Positions 56,401-64,000 of a DNA stretch of 64,000 nucleotides are shown piece by piece (the stretch's first letter is position 1; the number at the start of each line of letters is the position of its first letter). Both the position numbers and the translations under genes were made by a program. The notes beneath the pieces were generated by a model. It was not told where the DNA came from. It saw only the letters and a list, made by a program, of their open reading frames with translations, and did not search any database. The stretch spans positions 342,612,001 to 342,676,000 of the forward strand of contig OZ024742.1 of the NCBI GenBank assembly GCA_964016885.1, given 5' to 3'. Origin of the DNA: Eledone cirrhosa (taxonomy: Eukaryota).

Positions 56401-57430
56401 GGTATGTGATCTACAGTGGTATGAGGTATGTGATCTCCTGTGGTATGAAGTATGTGATCTACAGTGGTATGAAGTATGTGATCTCCTGTGGTATGAAGTA
56501 TGTGATCTACAGTGGTATGAAGTATGTGATCTCCAGTGGTATGAAGTATGTGATCTACAGTGGTATGAAGTATGTGATCTACAGTGGTATGAAGTATGTG
56601 ATCTCCAGTGGTATGAAGTATGTTAGCTCCTGTGGTATGAAGTGTGTGATCTCCAGTGGTATGAAGTATGTGATCTACAGTGGTATGAAGTATGTGATCT
56701 ACAGTGGTATGAAGTATGTGATTTACAGTGGTATGAAGTATGTGATCTCTTGTGGTATGAAGTATGTGATCTACAGTGGTATGAAGTATGTGATCTCCAG
56801 TGGTATGAAGTATGTGATCTACAGTGGTATGAAGTATGTGATATCCTGTGGTATGAAGTATGTGATCTCCAGTGGTATGAAGTATGTGATCTACAGTGGT
56901 ATGAAGTATGTGATATCCTGTGGTATGAAGTATGTGATCTACAGTGGTATGAAGTATGTGATCTACAGTGGTATGAAGTATGTGATCTACAGTGGTATGA
57001 AGTATGTGATCTCCAGTGGTATGAAGTATGTAATCTACAGTGGTATGAAGTATGTGATCTCCAGTGGTATGAAGTATGTGATCTCCTGTGGTATGAAATA
57101 TGTCAGCTCCAGTGGTATGAAGTATGTGATCTCCAGTGGTATGAAGTATGTGATCTCCAGTGGTATGAAATATGTGATCTACAGTGGTATGAAGTATGTG
57201 ATCTCCAGTGGTATGAAGTATGTGATCTCCAGTGGTATGAAGTATGTGATCTCCAGTGGTATGAAGTATGTGATCTACAGTGGTATGAAGTTTGTGATCT
57301 ACAGTGGTATGAAGTATGTGATCTATAGTGGTATGAAGTATGTGATCTCCTGTGGTATGAAGTATGTGATCTACAGTGGTATGAAGTATGTGATCTCCAG
57401 TGGTATGAAGTATGTGATCTCCAGTGGTAT
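24060..57430. repeat. Large near-tandem duplication, ~16.1-17.4 kb per copy (~24.1-40.1 kb and ~40.2-57.4 kb)
   Basis: Offset 16,128 for 24098/40226, 26402/42530, 27746/43874, 30122/46250 and 32114/48242; 17,376 for 32858/50234, TAA 32883/50259 and 33707/51083; 17,328 for 36170/53498 and 39314/56642. All are multiples of 24. Confidence 0.9.
32886..50261 (+). other. Continuation of the same repeat-derived frame (MKYVISSG)n between the two duplicated TAA variants
   Basis: Same frame as 21..32885. It starts at the monomer GTG right after the TAA and ends at the paralogous TAA 50259-50261. The frame then appears to stay open from 50262 to the window end. Confidence refers to it being a real CDS. 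Confidence 0.07.
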
Positions 57431-60400
57431 GAAGTATGTGATCTACAGTGGTATGAAGTATGTGATATCCTGTGGTATGAAGTATGTGATCTCCAGTGGT
57501 ATGAAGTATGTCAGCTCCAGTGGTATGAAGTATGTGCTCTCCTGTGGTATGAAGTATGTGATCTACAGTGGTATGAAGTATGTGATCTCCAGTGGTATGA
57601 AGTATGTGATATCCTGTGGTATGAAGTATGTAATATCCTGTGGTATGAAGTATGTGATCTCCAGTGGTATGAAGTATGTGATCTCCAGTGGTATGAAGTA
57701 TGTGATATCCTGTGGTATGAAGTATGTGATCTCCAGTGGTATGAAGTATGTGATCTCCAGTGGTATGAAGTATATGATCTCCAGTGGTATGAAGTATGTG
57801 ATCTACAGTGGTATGAAGTATGTGATCTCCAGTGGTATGAAGTATGTGACCTCCAGTGGTATGAAATATGTGATCTACAGTGGTATGAAGTATGTGATCT
57901 CCAGTGGTATGAAGTATGTGATCTCCAGTGGTATGAAATATGTGATCTCCAGTGGTATGAAGTATGTGATCTCCAGTGGTATGAAGTATGTCATATCCTG
58001 TGGTATGAAGTATGTGATCTCCAGTGGTATGAAGTATGTCAGCTCCAGTGGTATGAAGTATGTGATCTCCAGTGGTATGAAGTATGTGATCTCCAGTGGT
58101 ATGAAATATGTGATCTACAGTGGTATGAAGTATGTTAGCTCCAGTGGTATGAGGTATGTGATCTACAGTGGTATGAAGTATGTGATCTCCTGTGGTATGA
58201 AGTATGTGATCTACAGTGGTATGAAGTATGTGATCTCCTGTGGTATGAAGTATGTGATCTACAGTGGTATGAAGTATGTGATCTCCAGTGGTATGAAGTA
58301 TGTGATCTACAGTGGTATGAAGTATGTGATCTACAGTGGTATGAAGTATGTGATCTCCAGTGGTATGAAGTATGTTAGCTCCTGTGGTATGAAGTGTGTG
58401 ATCTCCAGTGGTATGAAGTATGTGATCTACAGTGGTATGAAGTATGTGATCTACAGTGGTATGAAGTATGTGATTTACAGTGGTATGAAGTATGTGATCT
58501 CTTGTGGTATGAAGTATGTGATCTACAGTGGTATGAAGTATGTGATCTCCAGTGGTATGAAGTATGTGATCTACAGTGGTATGAAGTATGTGATATCCTG
58601 TGGTATGAAGTATGTGATCTCCAGTGGTATGAAGTATGTGATCTACAGTGGTATGAAGTATGTGATATCCTGTGGTATGAAGTATGTGATCTACAGTGGT
58701 ATGAAGTATGTGATCTACAGTGGTATGAAGTATGTGATCTACAGTGGTATGAAGTATGTGATCTCCAGTGGTATGAAGTATGTAATCTACAGTGGTATGA
58801 AGTATGTGATCTCCAGTGGTATGAAGTATGTGATCTCCTGTGGTATGAAATATGTCAGCTCCAGTGGTATGAAGTATGTGATCTCCAGTGGTATGAAGTA
58901 TGTCAGCTCCAGTGGTATGAAGTATGTGATCTCCAGTGGTATGAAATATGTGATCTACAGTGGTATGAAGTATGTTAGCTCCAGTGGTATGAAGTATGTG
59001 ATCTACAGTGGTATGAAGTATGTCAGCTCCAGTGGTATGAAGTATGTGATCTCCAGTGGTATGAAGTATGTGATCTACAGTGGTATGAAGTATGTGATTT
59101 ACAGTGGTATGAAGTATGTGATCTCCTGTGGTATGAAGTATGTGATCTACAGTGGTATGAAGTATGTGATCTCCAGTGGTATGAAGTATGTGATCTACAG
59201 TGGTATGAAGTATGTGATATCCTGTGGTATGAAGTATGTGATATCCAGTGGTATGAAGTATGTCAGCTCCAGTGGTATGAAGTATGTGATCTCCTGTGGT
59301 ATGAAGTATGTGATCTACAGTGGTATGAAGTATGTGATCTACAGTGGTATGAAGTATGTGATATCCTGTGGTATGAAGTATGTGATATCCTGTGGTATGA
59401 AGTATGTGATCTCCAGTGGTATGAAGTATGTCAGCTCCAGTGGTATGAAGTATGTGATCTCCAGTTGTATGAAGTATGTGATCTACAGTGGTATGAAGTA
59501 TATGATCTCCTGTGGTATGAAGTTTGTGATCTACAGTGGTATGAAGTATGTTAGCTCCTGTGGTTTGAAGTATGTGATCTCCAGTGGTATGAAGTATGTG
59601 ATCTCCAGTGGTATGAAGTATGTGATCTACAGTGGTATGAAGTCTGTGATCTCCTGTGGTATGAAGTATGTGATCTACAGTGCTATGAAGTATGTGATAT
59701 CCTGTGGTATGAAGTATGTGATATCCTGTGGTATGAAGTATGTGATATCCTGTGGTATGAAGTATGTGATCTCCAGTGGTATGAAGTATGTGATCTCCAG
59801 TGGTATGAAGTATATGATCTCCAGTGGTATAAAGTATGTGATCTACAGTGGTATGAAGTATGTGATCTCCAGTAGTATGAAGTATGTCAGCTCCAGTGGT
59901 ATGAAGTATGTGATCTCCAGTGGTATGAAGTATGTGATCTCCAGTGGTATGAAGTATGTGATCTCCAGTGGCATGAAGTATGTGATCTCCAGTGGTATGA
60001 AGTATGTCAACTCCAGTGGTATGAAGTATGTCAGCTCCAGTGGTATGAAGTATGTGATCTCCAGTGGTATGAAGTATGTGATCTCCAGTGGTATGAAGTA
60101 TGTCAACTCCAGTGGTATGAAGTATGTGATCTCCAGTGGTATGAAGTATGTGATCTCCAGTGGTATGAAGTATGTGATCTCCAGTGGTATGAAGTATGTC
60201 AGCTCCAGTGGTATGAAGTATGTGATATCCTGTGGTATGAAGTATGTGATCTACAGTGGTATGAAGTATGTGATCTCCAGTGGTATGAAGTATGTGATCT
60301 ACAGTGGTATGAAGTATGTGATCTCCAGTGGTATGAAGTATGTGATCTCCAGTGGTATGAAGTATGTGATCTACAGTGGTATGAAGTATGTGATATCCTG

Positions 60401-63400
60401 TGGTATGAAGTATGTGATCTCCAGTGGTATGAAATATGTGATCTCCAGTGGTATGAAGTATGTGATCTCCAGTGGTATGAAGTATGTGATCTCCAGTGGT
60501 ATGAAGTATGTGATCTCCAGTGGTATGAAGTATGTGATCTACAGTGGTATGAAGTATGTGATCTCCAGTGGTATGAAGTATGTGATCTCCAGTGGTATGA
60601 AATATGTGATCTCCAGTGGTATGAAGTATGTGATCTCCAGTGGTATGAAGTATGTCATATCCTGTGGTATGAAGTATGTGATCTCCAGTGGTATGGAGTA
60701 TGTCAGCTCCAGTGGTATGAAGTATGTGATCTCCAGTGGTATGAAGTATGTGATCTCCAGTGGTATGAAATATGTGATCTACAGTGGTATGAAGTATGTT
60801 AGCTCCAGTGGTATGAAGTATGTGATCTACAGTGGTATGAAGTATGTGATCTCCAGTGGTATGAAGTATGTGATCTACAGTGGTATGAAGTATGTGATCT
60901 ACAGTGGTATGAAGTATGTGATCTCCAGTGGTATGAAGTATGTTAGCTCCAGTGGTATGAAGTGTGTGATCTACAGTGGTATGAAGTATGTGATCTACAG
61001 TGGTACGAAGTATGTAATCTCCAGTGGTATGAAGTATGTGATCTACAGTGGTATGAAGTTTGTGATCTACAGTGGTATGAAGTATGTGATCTATAGTGGT
61101 ATGAAGTATGTGATCTCCTGTGGTATGAAGTATGTGATCTACAGTGGTATGAAGTATGTGATCTCCAGTGGTATGAAGTATGTGATCTCCAGTGGTATGA
61201 AGTATGTGATCTACAGTGGTATGAAGTATGTGATATCCTGTGGTATGAAGTATGTGATCTCCAGTGGTATGAAGTATGTCAGCTCCAGTGGTATGAAGTA
61301 TGTGCTCTCCTGTGGTATGAAGTATGTGATCTACAGTGGTATGAAGTATGTGATCTCCAGTGGTATGAAGTATGTGATATCCTGTGGTATGAAGTATGTA
61401 ATATCCTGTGGTATGAAGTATGTGATCTCCAGTGGTATGAAGTATGTGATCTCCAGTGGTATGAAGTATGTGATATCCTGTGGTATGAAGTATGTGATCT
61501 CCAGTGGTATGAAGTATGTGATCTCCAGTGGTATGAAGTATATGATCTCCAGTGGTATGAAGTATGTGATCTACAGTGGTATGAAGTATGTGATCTCCAG
61601 TGGTATGAAGTATGTGACCTCCAGTGGTATGAAATATGTGATCTACAGTGGTATGAAGTATGTGATCTCCAGTGGTATGAAGTATGTGATCTCCAGTGGT
61701 ATGAAATATGTGATCTCCAGTGGTATGAAGTATGTGATCTCCAGTGGTATGAAGTATGTCATATCCTGTGGTATGAAGTATGTGATCTCCAGTGGTATGA
61801 AGTATGTCAGCTCCAGTGGTATGAAGTATGTGATCTCCAGTGGTATGAAGTATGTGATCTCCAGTGGTATGAAATATGTGATCTACAGTGGTATGAAGTA
61901 TGTTAGCTCCAGTGGTATGAGGTATGTGATCTACAGTGGTATGAAGTATGTGATCTCCTGTGGTATGAAGTATGTGATCTACAGTGGTATGAAGTATGTG
62001 ATCTCCTGTGGTATGAAGTATGTGATCTACAGTGGTATGAAGTATGTGATCTCCAGTGGTATGAAGTATGTGATCTACAGTGGTATGAAGTATGTGATCT
62101 ACAGTGGTATGAAGTATGTGATCTCCAGTGGTATGAAGTATGTTAGCTCCTGTGGTATGAAGTGTGTGATCTCCAGTGGTATGAAGTATGTGATCTACAG
62201 TGGTATGAAGTATGTGATCTACAGTGGTATGAAGTATGTGATTTACAGTGGTATGAAGTATGTGATCTCTTGTGGTATGAAGTATGTGATCTACAGTGGT
62301 ATGAAGTATGTGATCTCCAGTGGTATGAAGTATGTGATCTACAGTGGTATGAAGTATGTGATATCCTGTGGTATGAAGTATGTGATCTCCAGTGGTATGA
62401 AGTATGTGATCTACAGTGGTATGAAGTATGTGATATCCTGTGGTATGAAGTATGTGATCTACAGTGGTATGAAGTATGTGATCTACAGTGGTATGAAGTA
62501 TGTGATCTACAGTGGTATGAAGTATGTGATCTCCAGTGGTATGAAGTATGTAATCTACAGTGGTATGAAGTATGTGATCTCCAGTGGTATGAAGTATGTG
62601 ATCTCCTGTGGTATGAAATATGTCAGCTCCAGTGGTATGAAGTATGTGATCTCCAGTGGTATGAAGTATGTGATCTCCAGTGGTATGAAATATGTGATCT
62701 ACAGTGGTATGAAGTATGTGATCTCCAGTGGTATGAAGTATGTGATCTCCAGTGGTATGAAGTATGTGATCTCCAGTGGTATGAAGTATGTGATCTACAG
62801 TGGTATGAAGTTTGTGATCTACAGTGGTATGAAGTATGTGATCTATAGTGGTATGAAGTATGTGATCTCCTGTGGTATGAAGTATGTGATCTACAGTGGT
62901 ATGAAGTATGTGATCTCCAGTGGTATGAAGTATGTGATCTCCAGTGGTATGAAGTATGTGATCTACAGTGGTATGAAGTATGTGATATCCTGTGGTATGA
63001 AGTATGTGATCTCCAGTGGTATGACGTATGTCAGCTCCAGTGGTATGAAGTATGTGCTCTCCTGTGGTATGAAGTATGTGATCTACAGTGGTATGAAGTA
63101 TGTGATCTCCAGTGGTATGAAGTATGTGATATCCTGTGGTATGAAGTATGTAATATCCTGTGGTATGAAGTATGTGATCTCCAGTGGTATGAAGTATGTG
63201 ATCTCCAGTGGTATGAAGTATGTGATATCCTGTGGTATGAAGTATGTGATCTCCAGTGGTATGAAGTATGTGATCTCCAGTGGTATGAAGTATATGATCT
63301 CCAGTGGTATGAAGTATGTGATCTACAGTGGTATGAAGTATGTGATCTCCAGTGGTATGAAGTATGTGACCTCCAGTGGTATGAAATATGTGATCTACAG

Positions 63401-64000
63401 TGGTATGAAGTATGTGATCTCCAGTGGTATGAAGTATGTGATCTCCAGTGGTATGAAATATGTGATCTCCAGTGGTATGAAGTATGTGATCTCCAGTGGT
63501 ATGAAGTATGTCATATCCTGTGGTATGAAGTATGTGATCTCCAGTGGTATGAAGTATGTCAGCTCCAGTGGTATGAAGTATGTGATCTCCAGTGGTATGA
63601 AGTATGTGATCTCCAGTGGTATGAAATATGTGATCTACAGTGGTATGAAGTATGTTAGCTCCAGTGGTATGAGGTATGTGATCTACAGTGGTATGAAGTA
63701 TGTGATCTCCTGTGGTATGAAGTATGTGATCTACAGTGGTATGAAGTATGTGATCTCCTGTGGTATGAAGTATGTGATCTACAGTGGTATGAAGTATGTG
63801 ATCTCCAGTGGTATGAAGTATGTGATCTACAGTGGTATGAAGTATGTGATCTACAGTGGTATGAAGTATGTGATCTCCAGTGGTATGAAGTATGTGATCT
63901 ACAGTGGTATGAAGTATGTGATCTCCAGTGGTATGAAGTATGTTAGCTCCTGTGGTATGAAGTGTGTGATCTCCAGTGGTATGAAGTATGTGATCTACAG
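53540..64000. repeat. Tandem duplication of 5,520 bp (230 monomers), each copy containing a 1,752-bp (73-monomer) sub-repeat; second copy truncated by the window edge
   Basis: Offset 5,520 for ATT 53577/59097 and for ORF coordinates 54323/59843 and 56642/62162. The GTG-CTC marker lies at ~55.78, 57.53, 61.30 and 63.05 kb (offsets 1,752 and 5,520); ORF starts 56642/58394 are 1,752 apart. Confidence 0.87.

Larger units (their letters stand above)
1..64000. repeat. 24-bp tandem repeat array (satellite DNA), consensus ATGAAGTATGTGATCT(C/A)CAGTGGT, ~2,666 head-to-tail copies, extending beyond both window edges
   Basis: Directly visible: the printed sequence repeats its layout every 120 bp (5 monomers) from position 1 to 63961. 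Monomers start at 21+24k, all in one orientation. The TCC-type consensus has A6 T8 G7 C3 (~42% GC) and no CpG. Confidence 0.99.

Noticed and set aside
8579-60106. Minus-strand ORFs (PLEITYFI)n
   Set aside because: They are just runs lacking the TAC-type monomer, which gives TAG in this frame. There is no independent coding evidence.
194-62848. Frame-2 ORFs (WYEVCDLQ)n as Cys/Trp-rich proteins
   Set aside because: Their starts are chance GTG/TTG/ATG variants and their stops come from common monomer variants (GTT-AGC, TCT-AGT, AGT-AGT giving TAG). They are alternative translations of the same repeat, although the TCC/TAC polymorphism is synonymous (CTC/CTA) in this frame.
1-64000. CRISPR array (constant part plus variable part)
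   Set aside because: The variable part is only ~8 bp drawn from about six recurring near-identical types, not unique spacers. There is no palindromic repeat, leader or cas gene.
1-64000. Telomerase-made long telomeric repeat (as in budding yeasts with 23-25-bp units)
   Set aside because: Unit length and G/T skew are superficially similar, but I do not recognise the unit. The kb-scale duplicated patterns of variants indicate recombinational amplification rather than templated addition.
1-64000. Promoters, terminators, tRNA/rRNA or transposon ends
   Set aside because: There is no non-repeat sequence or inverted orientation. The only palindromes noticed are very short (GATC, AGCT, GATATC), and the internal GTATG doublet is too short to interpret.
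1-64000. Purely synthetic or sequencing-artefact repeat
   Set aside because: Hierarchically shared variants plus copy-private mutations fit natural array evolution. Mis-assembly of the largest blocks cannot be excluded without reads.

Overview
The whole 64,000-bp window is one uninterrupted tandem array (satellite/long minisatellite) of a 24-bp monomer, consensus ATGAAGTATGTGATCT(C/A)CAGTGGT, about 2,666 copies, open at both window edges. I see no unique sequence, recognisable gene, RNA gene, transposon or CRISPR spacer. Monomer phase (units start at 21+24k) is kept from the first line to the last, so all length changes are whole monomers. About six common monomer types plus rare point variants act as markers and show nested duplications with offsets of 6, 11, 55, 73, 83, 124, 151-152, 230, 389-390, 551 and 672-724 monomers. 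The giant ORFs (MKYVISSG)n arise because the monomer is 8 codons long with no stop in that frame; their two stops are one TAT>TAA mutation duplicated 17,376 bp apart. An equally open antisense frame (TTGDHILH)n is absent from the ORF track because it has no start codon. A hand tally of variant types shows no synonymous enrichment, so non-coding satellite DNA is the best-supported reading; a repeat protein remains a testable but weakly supported hypothesis. The organism cannot be determined from this window. Block boundaries were read by eye and are approximate.
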